Positions 46,901 through 64,000 of a DNA stretch of 64,000 nt are shown here, piece by piece. Position 1 is the first letter of the stretch. Each line of letters begins with the position of its first letter. Source of the stretch: the human T2T-CHM13v2.0 reference genome, Homo sapiens; assembly GCF_009914755.1 (NCBI RefSeq), contig NC_060933.1; one strand, written 5' to 3'. The position numbers were made by a program, and so were the translations under genes. The notes under the pieces were generated by a model that worked only from the letters and a program-made list of their open reading frames with translations, was not told the origin of the DNA and searched no databases.

Positions 46901-48593
46901 AAATATAGAAAACATATGTCATTTTATCCAATCTATATCCATATCTGTTAAAGTAGTGTCCATGTCCTAGACTTTCTGTATTAGCTCTGGCACATTGGTC
47001 AGAAGTAAAACAGTTTTTTCTATTAAGATATGTACAACTATTACCTTGGTCTGAGGTCACTAAAAACATTCTGCTCAGTGTTCTCACTAGGCATCTCTAT
47101 AATTCAATATTGAAGAACTATCATAGGATTAATCATAGTTTGAGAAAAAAATCAACACTAATATGCAAAATATAAGAGCTCCTGAGTTCAATTACTAGAC
47201 TAATATCAGGCTTAAATTGGGGAGATCAAGAAGACCAAAACCTCTTAGTTTGGGTCAGGTAAGATAAAAATCTCATGCTAACATTTGGAAGTCAACAACA
47301 GCGTGTTCAGAGAAAGATATGCTGAGGTCAAATTCACTAATAAATAGTCATTACCTTAGAGGATAATTTCTGTGAAGGTTTAATAGCTGTTTATTTTCCC
47401 CTACTCCTGCCTAACACAGGCACAGCTAATATATAGTTTTACCTCTTCATACTATTTTAACTACTTAAAATAGAACTAGGAATATTTAGAGGAGTATAAG
47501 GTAGAGGATATAGAATGACAGGCAAAATGATGGATAAGAAATATTGTTATTAATTTGGTTTAGCAAGTAAGTTATTTGATCGCAAGGTTATTATGGCTTT
47601 TGATTTTAGCAAATTCTGTTTTGAGTTTTTACTCATGACTTTACTCCAGGTATAAAAGAAACATATAAGGTGACACGTAGAGATGAGAGATGACCAAAGC
47701 TCAGCTTTGCATCTGTGGCTCTTTCCATCTCTTCTTTGTGATTGATTTCAGCCCCAGTAGAAGCTTACTGACTTCCCACATACTTGCTCTCCAATGTGCC
47801 TTCTCTACTTATTTCTTCAGACTCTATAATTCGATTCATCTCCAGGATGTTGCTCCCTCTTCCATATGTTTAACTCTGTAACAACAACCCATTGATTCAG
47901 ATTTTCTTACTTGACCCTTAGATTGTTTCTCATGAATGATATCCATTGGGTGTGGTTAGATATCCCTGGAAACTTCTTGGCACCTTGGACAGTTAGATGT
48001 TGGTGAATTTCTGGAACTATTTGGAGAGGATTTTACTCTTTCTTCAGAGTTAAATTGTCTATGCAATCCATTTAATGATATAATGGGGAAAAAACTTGAT
48101 TAAAGGTGTGGAAATGAGGGAAAGGGAGGAGTGAAAGATGAGAGTGGACAGAATGACTTGATAAATTATGGGAAAATTTGAAAATGAAGAAAGACTGAAG
48201 GAGAGAGATATTGCGGGCAAGAAATCAGATTTATATATATATGATTATTTTAAAATCGGTTGGTTGGTGAGTACCAATTACAGCTAGTTGACATCTCTTA
48301 GGTAATAGAACCATGCCATGAAGGCAGCCTCAATGACAAAGAGCCTCTCATAAAAAAGTTCCTATCTTTTTCATTTGTAGGTAAAAGTTATGAGAAAAAT
48401 GCTCGAAGAAGGAAGTACTCACTTCCTGCTAATTTTTGAGAGTATAACACTTATTGCCATACACTTCTCCAAAGTTTGGTTTTAACAGTGACTTTTTACC
48501 ATGAATTCTTAAGATATGTTATTAAGATATATGGCTTCTACTGAAATTCAATTAATACTTTCTGCTGTGGACCTAACAAAAATGTTTTAAAAT

Positions 48594-48596
<3 letters not shown>

Positions 48597-48627
<31 letters not shown>
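48597..48627. repeat. (TG)15 microsatellite
   Basis: Direct inspection. Confidence 0.95.
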
Positions 48628-48632
<5 letters not shown>

Positions 48633-48643
48633 TGTTATGGACT

Positions 48644-48938
48644 GGCCGGGTATGGTGGCTCACGTCTCTAATCCCAGCACTTTGGCAGGCAGAGGTGGGC
48701 AGATCACCTGAAGTTGGGAGCTCGAGACCAGCCTAACCAATATGGAGAAACCCTGTCCCTACTAAAAATACAAAATTAGCCAGGCATGGTGGTGCATACC
48801 TGTAATCGCAGCTACTCGGGAGGCTGAAGCAGGAGAATCGCCTGAACCCAGGAGGGGGAGGTTGAGGTGAGCCAAGATAGTGCCATTGCGCACCAGGCTG
48901 GGCAACAGAGTGAGACTGCATCTCAAAAAAAAAAAAAG
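48644..48938 (+). mobile_element. AluSp-like
   Basis: GTTGGGAG..CCTAACCAATATGGAGAAACCC (Sp-type diagnostics). TSD AAAATGTTATGGAC (48629-48642 / 48939-48952). Confidence 0.9.
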
Positions 48939-49699
48939 AAAATGTTATGGACATAGGATGGTTGTCTAAAAACCTTAGTTGGGAATCCCTATGAAGACAT
49001 TTAAAAATATTCAGCTATATAGTGGCTTAACACTTTAATAAGGAAGCATGCCAAATAAATTTTAATTTTAAATTTAAAAAATCTCTTTTAAAAGCATCTC
49101 TCACAAGAGCAATCAAATACCAAGACAAATTCTAATATGACAGCTAGGTTTGAATTCCTGTGCTATATTCCTGGTGTATTCATTATTCTATGAAGCTTTC
49201 TGATAATCGCTTATTATTGTACAAGGTGAGTGCAGTTAACCTCTTTAAGAATTCTGATCCAATATTGAATCACTTTCATAAAGATTCTTGGAGCACAGGA
49301 TCAGCCCAGCTCAGTCACAAAAACCCCCGACACAGTCATTGTAAAAATAAAGCCACTATTTTTAATCAGATTAATTGATCAAGACTAGGTCAGGGAGGCA
49401 GAAAGGCAGTTGGGATATGGGAAATCTACCACAGATAAGTAGGTTTTTGCCTGTATAAGGGATTAGGGCTTAATTTCTTGGTGAGAATAAAGGGAATGGA
49501 AAGAACATTAAAGAGCTCCAATAAGAGAAAGCCCAAGCTAGCAAACAGGTTATTAAAACTGAACTCAAACATAAGGGAACAAAGTAGAAGTTTAGTTACC
49601 AGAAATGAAGTAATATGTGGAGACTTAGACTTAGTCACAGAAGCTTGGAAGAAAATTCTTCTGCCCTCAGATCTGGAATACCTATTTCCTGTGGTGTTT

Positions 49700-49838
49700 T
49701 ATATATTTATATACACACACACACACATATATATAAACTACATTATATATAATTATATATAATTATATAATCGAACATATATGATAATATATAATATATA
49801 AATATATAATTATATATAAATATAAATATATATATATT
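49700..49838. repeat. (TA)n/(CA)n low-complexity tract
   Basis: Direct inspection. Confidence 0.85.
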
Positions 49839-50999
49839 TCCCAGAGCTGAGACCCAGGACTCTGAGCTTTAGACTAATCATTCCCCAGCATTCCTGATTT
49901 CAACTCAGTACACAGGAGTTTGGGAATCAACATCTATAGATGGTGAAGGTTCTTGTAACCCTCCTGACTAACAACAAGTGGGTTCTACATTCTTGGGGAA
50001 TGCTTAGTCCAAAGCTCCGAGTCCAGGGTCTCAGCTCTGGAAAACAGAAACTGGGAACATTAATATGTCAGATTTTGAGAGCTGAGAGCCAAATGCCCCA
50101 CTGAGTAAGAATCCTTTAAGTCATAAAGTAAAGGTTATACAATTCTTTTCCATAGTGTTTTGATACCTAGTAAACTCCACTAACTTATGCCAAAACTGAA
50201 TAATTAACATAAAATACTTATGTTTGGATATTCTTGTCTTTTAATATTTAGACATATAATAATCCACATTTCAGCTTTTTTGTGACCTTCAAAAGCAGAG
50301 TTAGCGCTCCAAATATTAATGACATTTTAAAAATTATTACAAGAGTGAAAATAGGGTGCACTAAAATTGTTAAAACAGGATACTAATTCAGGTCTCCTCA
50401 TATGTGATTTTCAATAAAGATAAAACTCTAGTTAAACCTACATGTGAATTGACTATTGATATTTCTTAAGGGACCAGAAATGGAAGACAACCATGGTATT
50501 AGGAGTACTTAAAATAATTCCTGGCCTGTGCAATCTGAAGGAAAAATAAATGAAGTAGATAAATCAAATTTACTTTAGGTCTAGTCGCAAATTGTTTTAA
50601 CATCAACTCCCTAAATTGATAAGTTAATTTTTGTAGTGAAACATATTGACTACAATTATATACCGCTAGTGTGTTTCACAGGTCATTATTTTAACCCTAA
50701 AAAATACTGCTCAGATGTCCTTCTTTAGAAAACAATGAAAAAAGTTATAAATTTGTCACTTGGAGGCTCAAAACAAGTGGATCACTGTGAAAGCATCCTG
50801 CTTCAACTTGTAACCTCTTCTCAGCCAGTGAACATAACTGTGTTTAGCCCAGTGTGACGGGATGGACTGAAGACCGACCCTAATTGTGAGTAGCCATGAT
50901 TATTGGTACAGCAGGCAAGAGATAATTCATTCATACGTTTCGAAGCCAACATGGTATACAATTTTATGTCTTTTTGAAAATAGTGTCTATAATAAATTA

Positions 51000-51560
51000 T
51001 ATCCAACCGTAACTCCCTTTTGAAGTGGATATGTTGAATAAGGAAGAGGATGCACATATTTAGAGTTCAGAGGAGAAATCTGAGCTATAAATAAACATTT
51101 AAGGATTATCAGTATTTAGAAAATATTTAAAGACAAGGGTGAGATGAGAACTCCTATGAAGTCAATTTAATATAAGCAGAGGTTAAAAGATATCAGAGGA
51201 CTAAACCCTGAGACAATAAAATTAATTTATAATAAAGAAAGGTGAAGAGTAACCAGCAAAGAAACCCAAGGAGGAACCAATGAATTCAAATAAGAACCAA
51301 GAGAAAAGTTGTCACAAACGCTAATGAAAATAAAGGTTTACCAAATGCTGCCAAAAGACCAAATAAATGAGGGCTAAGAGTCATCAGGTTAAAGAGCAAT
51401 TTTGCTTGAAGTGGTGAAAACAAATCCTAACAGCTGGAGTGAGTTCAAAAGTGTATTGGAAGAATGGAAGATACATGGAGTATATGCAACTATTATGAAA
51501 AGTTTAGCTGTAAAAACAAAATACAAATAAAAAGCAAGAGAGAAATGGAGTCAAGTTGTA
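51000..51560 (-). mobile_element. L2 fragment
   Basis: GAGTTCAGAGGAGAAATCTGAGCT...GAGGACTAAACCCTGAG...AAATGCTGC L2 motif order. Confidence 0.55.
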
Positions 51561-52504
51561 GGACTAAGGGAAAACTATATTTAGTTTTTGGAAAAAAGAT
51601 AGCTTTCAGTGTGTTTGTCATCCAAAGCATTTTTTAATAAGTTCTATATATTGAACTGTATTAAAACTAGTGAAAGTGCTCATACAGGAGTACATTGGTG
51701 CTATTTTCTTTTGAATACAAAAGCATGGCCACAAGACCCTTTTGCTAAGAAATGAACACATTGTAATTATTATAGTTCACTGTTTTAGTGTTAATATTTT
51801 CAATAGGGTTATAATTATTGCAGCAAGAGTAAAAGTTTTGGAGTTGGGACTACCAAAGTTCAAATGTTTACTTTATTTTGATGTATATTCTAATTTGAGT
51901 TTAGATTTTTAAATTATTTCTATAGATTGCTGGCTATGTGTGTAGACCTAGAGTCAATTTGCAACTTGTGAAGCAGTGGTAAGTGATGGATCTTTTCTTT
52001 CATGGTTATTTTTGGAGCTCCAATAAATAACATTTAAAAAGTTTCTAACCTTTAAAACGGTTCATTTTTTAAATGAATTGGCAAAAAAATGTTCCTGGCA
52101 AGCTATTCAGCATATACTAGCTATCATCATGATGGGAGTCACCATTTCCAACCATACAGATCTGTTGAAGCTAGTCATGATAGTTTTGAAGCTGCTTACT
52201 GTCCAATAACCTAGCCTAAGGATCTTCAATGAAATTCATTGTAACAGAAAAGTACCATTATTATGAGAGTATTGGTCTTCAGCGTGAGCAAGAAAGAATA
52301 ATAGTCTCTTAGACATTATATTGCAGGTAAATAGTGGGCATTAGTCTGGTTTTAGCCATTCAGCCTGAAAACTTTCTCCCTGTGTTTGGGAATTTTTTTT
52401 TTTTTTTGCAGCCTGAGTCTTGGTGAGAGGTGATTCTGCCTCCACTTAGGAAAATTGTAAAAGGTTCAAATATTTGTACTTTGCGACCCATAGAAATTGG
52501 AGTG

Positions 52505-53010
52505 TGTCAAAGAAAAATTCCAGTTGACAAGTTAAACAGGCAAGAAAGACTTTATTCAGGCCTCTCGCAATAGGACAGAGAGATTTAACTCAACTTCCTT
52601 GAAATGAAAAATGGAAAAATTGTTAAGTGCTAGGGTGAACTTGTGAGAAAGTACTAGAGAACGTTTGGAGAGAGGTGAACCAACTAACAAATGAAATTAC
52701 ACAATATGTGTTTACTAATTGTCACTTACTTTATCAAAGTTAAGTTAAAATCCTACCTTCCCACAGAGGCTGGTATAATCTTTTTTTGATGATTATATTT
52801 CAAAACAACAGTTCCCAAGTTATTGAAAAAAATATTTCTGCATTGTAAAACTGACAAGTGGCTAGGAGAATATCTCAAAGGGGCAAAGAAATAATTTACA
52901 ATCACGTTTTCTAAAGTAAATATTCGAAGAAAAGGAACTTCAGAAGCCATGTCAGGAAGAAACATGTCTGAAGTTTAGTCAACTTGAGAATATTAAGGTT
53001 GCCTTGGTTA
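52505..53010 (-). mobile_element. MER67-like ERV1 (MER4 group) solo LTR
   Basis: TGTCAAAGAAAA...GACTTTATTCAGG...AAGTTTAGTCAACTTGAG...TTGGTTA. TSD AGTG/AATG. Confidence 0.65.
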
Positions 53011-54519
53011 AATGAAAGCAGATAATTAAGGCCTGGTCAATTAGATGCAACTTGTGGGGCCTTTAAAATATACTTTAATCTTAGTATCCAGAGTCCAGTG
53101 CCTACTGGGAATGGTGGAATTGGTATTGGAGTTATAACTCCAGCAGCATCCATTAGGCAATAATGTCTCATGGTGGCAGGACCTGAAATGTCTTTCTCAC
53201 AACCAAACTCTACTCATAATTATGTTCATAGCTTCCTAGACTATATTGGTTCCTGCCTGAATGCTGAGCTTTGTCTTCCAGCTTACCTTTGATTTACTGA
53301 ACTCCCCAATATCCTTACAAAATAATCTTTCTGCTTTGGTAACCAGATTTCTTTTCCTTTTATTTGCAATTAAGCATATTAGTGGCTCTTTAACGTTTCT
53401 ATGAAAATAGCTGTACATTTCCCTGTTCTGTGACTTTTTTTAATCTACTAGGAAGAGTTTGATTTACTCCTCTTTGGTACTCCATTGTCGTCATCATCAC
53501 TATCAGGTCATTTTTATATTGATTCGAAAAGAAGCAACAGTTTCACATACCATAGCTTGTCCTCAAATGAGTATCCTATGCCAGAACAAAAGATAAAAAC
53601 TAATTAAACATTTTGTTGTGATGAAAACAAATGAGAGTACTACATTCAGCATAACTGAGGATGTAAAAGATCTACGAAAAATGTGAATTTAATTTTATTG
53701 ATTCATGTACAGATATGAAACTTGAAGGATACAAATAGATCAATGCATCATCCTCATTTTACTTTATGTGGTCATTATACATTATTATAATATTCCCCAT
53801 AATTCTATTTTTCCTCCTTTCTTCCTCCTTTAATCTTTTCTTTAAGTGCTTCCTCTACATCTTTATGATACCAGTATAACATAGGCTACTTGGAGGAATA
53901 TTTGAAATGTAGAAGTTTAGCCCCTTAACTTTCAACAGCTAACAACTTCACTAGCCCATAGCGAAGAGTCTTCGGTCACCCAAACAATGGAAGCTTATGG
54001 GAATAAAGGGAACCTACCCCAACTGTATTAAAAAAAATAAGGAATGTCCTGAGTACAAGGAGATTCACCTGCCCAAATATGTGAGCCAATGTGATATGGT
54101 GAAAGAAGCTTGGTTCAGAAATTAGAGGATGCACCTTTTGCTATATTTACAAAGTGAAAAAATATCATTGTCTTGGTTTACTCATTTGAAAAATAGGGAT
54201 AACAACAATATGTGTCTATTTCAGCAAACTGTGATGAAGGTCAAATAGTATACTAACATATATGCAAGCTCCAAATCAAAAGTGAAGACTTGCGCACATA
54301 CAATTAATTATGATACAATGCATATAAATAAGTTAGCATAACTTGCTCATTTTAAGTAGTCAGCCAATAATACTATTGTTATTATCATCTTTTTTTTGCT
54401 CTTTTCTTGTGTTATGGCTTGATAATATTTTTCAAAACCATCATCTTTCTGAGGAGGTCACTATCCTTGAGACATGTCAAAAAAAAATCAGCGTAGTAGC
54501 TTTGTTGTCTTCTCCAAAC

Positions 54520-55378
54520 TTTTCAATACTAGTTCTTCCTCTGTCTCTAGTATTCCAGGAAAAATTTCCTCTATTCCTTCAGTTGCTCCTGGCAGAAAGC
54601 TTGGCATTATTCTTTACTTGTCCTTCTCTCATACACCATACCCCAAGTAACAGCAAGTCCTGTAGATTGTATCTTTAAAATACATGACAAATCTATACTC
54701 TTATTACCACTGTGACAGTTACCACCTTCAAAACTTATACACGTATGTTAATATGTTTATTGAACTACTGCAATAGATTTGTAGTGGCCTTCCCACTTCC
54801 ACACCTGGTGCTCAACACAGAAGACAGTGATTCTTTAAAATGTAAGCCTAATCATGTCATTTTTTTCTGCTCAAGATTATCCACTGAGTTTCTTTCATGA
54901 CGTAAAGCCTGGTGTGAATGTTTCTGCTATTTCTCTTCTTTCATCTCTTTTATTAGTCCCCTCCTTTACTGAGCTCAAACTCACATGGTGTCCTTAATTT
55001 TCTTCCAGACTTTCAAGGACACTCTTGCTTCAGTGGCTTAGTATTTGCTTTCTCTCTGCCTAAAATACTCTCATTCAGATACCTATAGGGCTTTCTCAGC
55101 ACTTTCTTTGGGTCTCTGTTCACATGTCTCCTCTTCAAAGAATCCTTCCCTGGCCATCTAATGAAATAATAAGTTCTGCTTCTCCCTATCACTTTCCCTG
55201 ATTTTTTCAGTAACACACAAACGTGACATTATATAATGTATATAACTGTATTTGTTTTTTTACAAGCTTCATGAAGACTTTGTTGCATTCACTGCTTTGC
55301 TGTCAGAGAATAGACTAGTGCATGACACATAGATAACACTCAGTATATTTTTGTTGAATGAATAAATGAATGAATGAG
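54520..55378 (+). mobile_element. L2a 3' end
   Basis: Ends TATTTTTGTTGAATGAATAAATGAATGAATGA. Internal CAGCAAGTCCTGT, CCTTCCCTGGCCATCTAA. Confidence 0.75.
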
Positions 55379-56797
55379 TCAGTAAAAAGCAGGGTGTCTT
55401 TTGATTATTTCCCTGGAAATAATATTATTTGAATAATAATATTTCAAATTTTATACTTTTTTCTATAAGCTTAGGTTGGAGGATAGATACTTAACATCTA
55501 AAAAATATAAAAATGGTTGAGGCAAGATTGCTTCCAAATTTTATTAATCAAAACATATAAAACTAAGGAGATAGTAAAGTCTTAGAAATGTCCATTATTA
55601 TTTCTGATCACTCTGAGCAAAATAGTATTATTATATGTAGTTGATCAAACTTCAAATGAAAGCCAGATTTGGCATTTTAATCTGTGCCATGTTAATTTGA
55701 ATGAAGGTATACTTTGAGGCTTTGCAAAATGTAGAAAATCACTTCCAAACTGCAGTGCAATTTAGTGGGCCTTTACAGGTATAAGACCTTAGGGTGAACC
55801 TCTCTTTCATGGGTCCTGAGTATAGCGTCTTTACCTTAATATTTTGACCTGGTGGAGCAATCAGCTTTATCATGTGCCTACAGATGTTGCTTGACTATAC
55901 TTGTATGAAAGTCAAGTAAGAGAGGATAGGACAGCAAAGTTTAAGAGCTGAGCTCTTGAATTCAAACTTAACTCATCCTGGTTCTGCCATTTTTTAGGTA
56001 TATAAAAACTATGGTGTTATTGAAATTTTCTTAGCTGTCAAATGAAGATAATACTATGGAATGATTGAATAATTATCATAAGTAAAAAATTAAAAGAATT
56101 GGATACGAAGTATTCAGCACAATATCCATGGTAAAAATTTATAAGTAATGATAGTGATGATGACATGATAACCATGATGTTGATGGTAATGATGCTGATG
56201 TTATGATATCATCAGGATTTCCATGTTGACTTCTTATGTCTTTATGCTATTTTTTCTGCTATAATCAATAGCTGTGGACCTAAACGATCTCTCTACCACC
56301 ATCAGGGGACATAAAAAAAAAAGTAGAATATAAAGAGTGTAAAGAGTGTATCTACACTCGGAAAAAGAAATGCATTCTCCCATGTTGTGCTACTGCATTT
56401 CTACTGGTAACATGCGCCTTCCAGACTTGACTGATCATTTAATTGACTGATCATTTAATGCATGCTTTGCTTCCCCTGAGCTCTATTTGATTCTCCCTGT
56501 ATTCACTAAATGCTGACCCTTAATCTCTTGTCTATTGTGCAGTAATATCATTTGACTTCGCTAGACTTCTAATTCTGATCTATGCTCCCATATCCATCCC
56601 TGCTTAAATCTGTACTTGAAAGAAAATCAATAAGAAAGCAAAGATTCCAATATTCTCATTTCTGATGTTTGAAAGGGAATTATTTTTGTCCACTTGTGTT
56701 TTTACTCATTCTCTAATTTGTGTTGCACACAGATCAGAAAAAAAGAGAGAAATTTTTAAAAAATGGAAGCAATTACATATGATCACAGAGTCATCCT

Positions 56798-57206
56798 AAA
56801 AAAATAAATCATTTATGGAATAACTAATGTTTGCAGTCTGTATCTTTGTTCCATCTCTTAGGGTTTTTTTTTTTTCACTTTATTGCAGTTTATTCTTGAA
56901 AACACATCAAACAATTTTCAGAAAGACACAAGAATATTGATATTTGAATAGAATATTTGTGAAAAGAATGACTTATTTCACAAACCTATAACCACAAGGA
57001 CAAGACATAATATTGGAACAAGGAAGCCACCATATTTTTCTGTATGTTCCCATAATTAATATATCAGTGATGATGTTAAATAATCAAATTCCTAGGGAGT
57101 AGTAAGTACTAAAGATACATTTTCTGGCTGGAATTGACTGATATTCAATTCAAAATATATCAGAGGAAATTAATACAGGCATAATTACTTATTTTAATCT
57201 TCGTTA
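56798..57206 (+). repeat. Left copy of ~410-bp direct repeat flanking L1
   Basis: Colinear with 61381-61807 from AAAAAAATAAAT..TTATGGAATAACTAATGTTT to CTTCGTTA. Confidence 0.93.
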
Positions 57207-61380
<4,174 letters not shown>

Positions 61381-61807
61381 AAAAAAATTAAATTGCTTAT
61401 GGAATAACTAATGTTTACAGTCTGTATCTCTGTTCCATCTCTTAGTGATGTTTTTTTCACTTTATTGCAGTTTATTTTTGAGAACGTGTTAGATAATTTT
61501 CACAAAGACACAAGAATGTTGATGAATGACTTATTTCACAATCCTGTAATCATGAGGACAAGACATAATATTGGAACAAGGAATCCACCGTATTTCTCTG
61601 TATGTTCCCATAATTAATATGTCAGTGATATTAATAATAATATTGAAAATTAAATATCAATATTAATATTGAAAATTAAGTAATCAAATTTCTAGGGAGT
61701 AGTAAGTACTAAAGATACATTTTTCTGGCTGGAACTGATTAATGTTCAATTCAAAATATATCAGAGGAAATTAATATGCACATAAATACTTATTTTACTC
61801 TTCATTA
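61381..61807 (+). repeat. Right copy of ~410-bp direct repeat flanking L1
   Basis: Colinear with 56798-57206, ending CTTCATTA. Confidence 0.93.
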
Positions 61808-62396
61808 TTTGCTTCTTAACTTAAATGTATTAATCTGTAAAGAGAAATAAACCTTCAATTTACCTTGAGTTATAATTTATAGTATACTTTGGCAAATTTC
61901 TCAACTTGAATGCCAGGCTTGGTGACACAATCAATGGAAAAATATTATGATGTCTTTTCTAGAGAACATATTTTAGAGGTAGACATATTAAGTCGTGTAA
62001 ACATTCATTTATGAACTAAACTAGTTGGTATTTACTCGTAATGTGGAGTAATCCTTGGGGAAATTTGACTCATTGTTCTTTGGAGTCAGTACTATACACT
62101 GCATTTTTAAAAAATGTATTTATACTTGTCAACCCTCTTCCTAGGAATACTTGTATTAGAAAGTATCATTTCCCTCTTGTTTTAGCCAAGTACCAAATTA
62201 CTCAAGGGACTTTTTGTATACATTATTTATGTAGTAAGTCAAAGGGCAAAGAAAATAAGATGAATTGGATTGATTTCATCTGCTTTTTATTATTTGAGGA
62301 GTGACTCAACCTTTTTTATCTTTTCATACACACAGTTTGCTTAACTTAAAATCAGCTTTAACTTTAAATGTCCAAAGAAATATGGTACTGTATTCC

Positions 62397-62756
62397 TGTT
62401 TTGGGTTCACTGTGTCCCCTAAAGTTCATGTGTTAGTAATTCAATACCGAATGCAACACTGTTGATAGGTGGTACCTTTAAAAGGGGGACTAATGGTGTT
62501 ATCATGGAGGTGGGCTAGTTATCACAGGAGTGGGTTCCTGATAAAAGAATGAGTTTGAATCTTTCTATCTTGCTCTTGCTCTTACCCTCTCTTGCCCTTC
62601 TGCCTTGGAATGACACAGCAAGAATGCCCTCACCTGATGCAGGTTCAAAGACCTTCGACTTCTCAGCTTCTAGAACTGCAAGAAAAAAAATCTATTGTTT
62701 ATCAATTACCCAGTCTCAGTTACTCTGCTACAGAAGCACAAAACATACTAAATCCA
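62397..62756 (+). mobile_element. MST (MSTD/C-like) MaLR solo LTR
   Basis: TGTGTCCCCTAAAGTTCATGTGTT...GACACAGCAAGAATGCCCTCACC...AATTACCCAGTCTCAG. Confidence 0.8.
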
Positions 62757-63104
62757 TCTTTAAAGTTAAATTTGATGAGTATGACCACATAGCCAATAAA
62801 TGAACAGGTAAATAATAAAACTTTACTAAAGTTATAGTTTTTCCATATAAAAAGAGGAAGTGGCTTCTCAAGATCAAATAAAATACAAAGGTAATTATAA
62901 CTTTTATTGCCTTGAAAAAGAGTTGATCAAAATAAAAGTCTTATAAGACAAACTCCTCCTGATCATTAAATATAGCAATGACAATAGATTCTAAGAAAGA
63001 GTCATTGGAGGCTTGAACCTGCTAAGAAAGATTTTGAAGACTTGGATAGCAGTTGAGACATTTCAGCTCCTAAAATCTTGAAGAGCACATGCAAAATAAT
63101 AATA

Positions 63105-64000
63105 TTGGGCCCTTATCTTACACCATACGCAACATTAACTAAAAACGAATTATAGACTTTAATGTGAGACCTCGAACTGTAAAACTCCTATAAGAAAACA
63201 TGGGGGAAAAGTTTCATGATATTGGTCTTGGCATTGATCTTGTTTATGACACCAAAAGCACAGAAACAAAAGCAAAAATAGACTAGTGGAACCACATCAA
63301 ACTAAAAAGCTTTTGCACAGCAAAGGAAGCAATCAATAATACACAGACAACCTGTGAAATGGGAGAAAATAGATTTACACACCATATATTGAATAAGAGG
63401 TTAACATAAAAAATATATAAGGAATTCCTACAACTCTGTAGCAAAAAAAATCCCCCAAATAATCAGATTAAAAAATGACAAAGGCCTTACAGCGACTTTT
63501 TCCCAAAGCAGACATACAGATGACCAGAAGGCATTTGAAAAATTGTTCAACACCACTAATGATCAGGGAAATGCAAATCAAAACCACAATGAAATATTAC
63601 TTCTTACCTGACAGGATAGCTATTATCAAAAGAGCACAAGTATTGGCAAGGAAGTAAAGAAACTGGAAACTTTTTACACTGTTTCTGAGAATATAAATTG
63701 ATGTAGTCATTGTGGAGGTCCCTGAAAAATTTAAAATAGAACTACCATCTTATCCAGAAGTCTTACATCTGAGTTTATATCCAAAAGAATCAGAATCTTG
63801 AGATACCTGCATGCCCATGTTCACTGAAACATTATTCATAATAGCTAAGACATGAAAACAACACAAATGCCCATCAGATGATAAATCGATAAAGGAAAAT
63901 GACATACACATACAACAAAATACTACTCAGCCTTAGAAAATAAGAGAATCCTGGCATATGCAAGGAAATGGATGAACTCGGAGGATATTATGCTAAGTGA
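63105..64000 (+). mobile_element. Old L1M (L1MA-like) ORF2 3' region, runs off the window
   Basis: AAACTAAAAAGCTTTTGCACAGCAAAGGAA, GAAATGCAAATCAAAACCACAATGA, GGAGGATATTATGCTAAGTGA. Confidence 0.85.

Noticed and set aside
61381-61807. L1 3' transduction as the explanation for the sequence after the L1
   Set aside because: The segment matches the local upstream flank, has no second poly(A) tail, and runs straight into unique DNA.

Overview
AT-rich, gene-poor human genomic DNA. An AluYa5 with all five diagnostic bases and an AluYb-lineage element point to Homo sapiens. I find no host protein-coding exon, structural RNA gene or CRISPR array. Every recognisable ORF in the track is a broken LINE-1 ORF1/ORF2 remnant or a spurious LTR/Alu frame. 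The window is a layered fossil record of transposition: an LTR12 (ERV9) solo LTR nested in an LTR1-family LTR, five LINE-1 copies (one full-length), five Alus, a complete THE1 provirus, several MaLR/ERV solo LTRs, an internally deleted ERVL gag-pol remnant, DNA-transposon MITEs, and MIR/L2 relics. The most unusual structure is a 5'-truncated L1PA7/8-like element (57207-61380) flanked by a ~410-bp direct repeat that behaves as a giant target-site duplication. A second ~405-bp duplication, with a fold-back junction, sits at another L1 (12.1-13.1 kb). Subfamily names come from remembered consensus features and should be confirmed with RepeatMasker/Dfam. I cannot support a new multi-gene biological system here.
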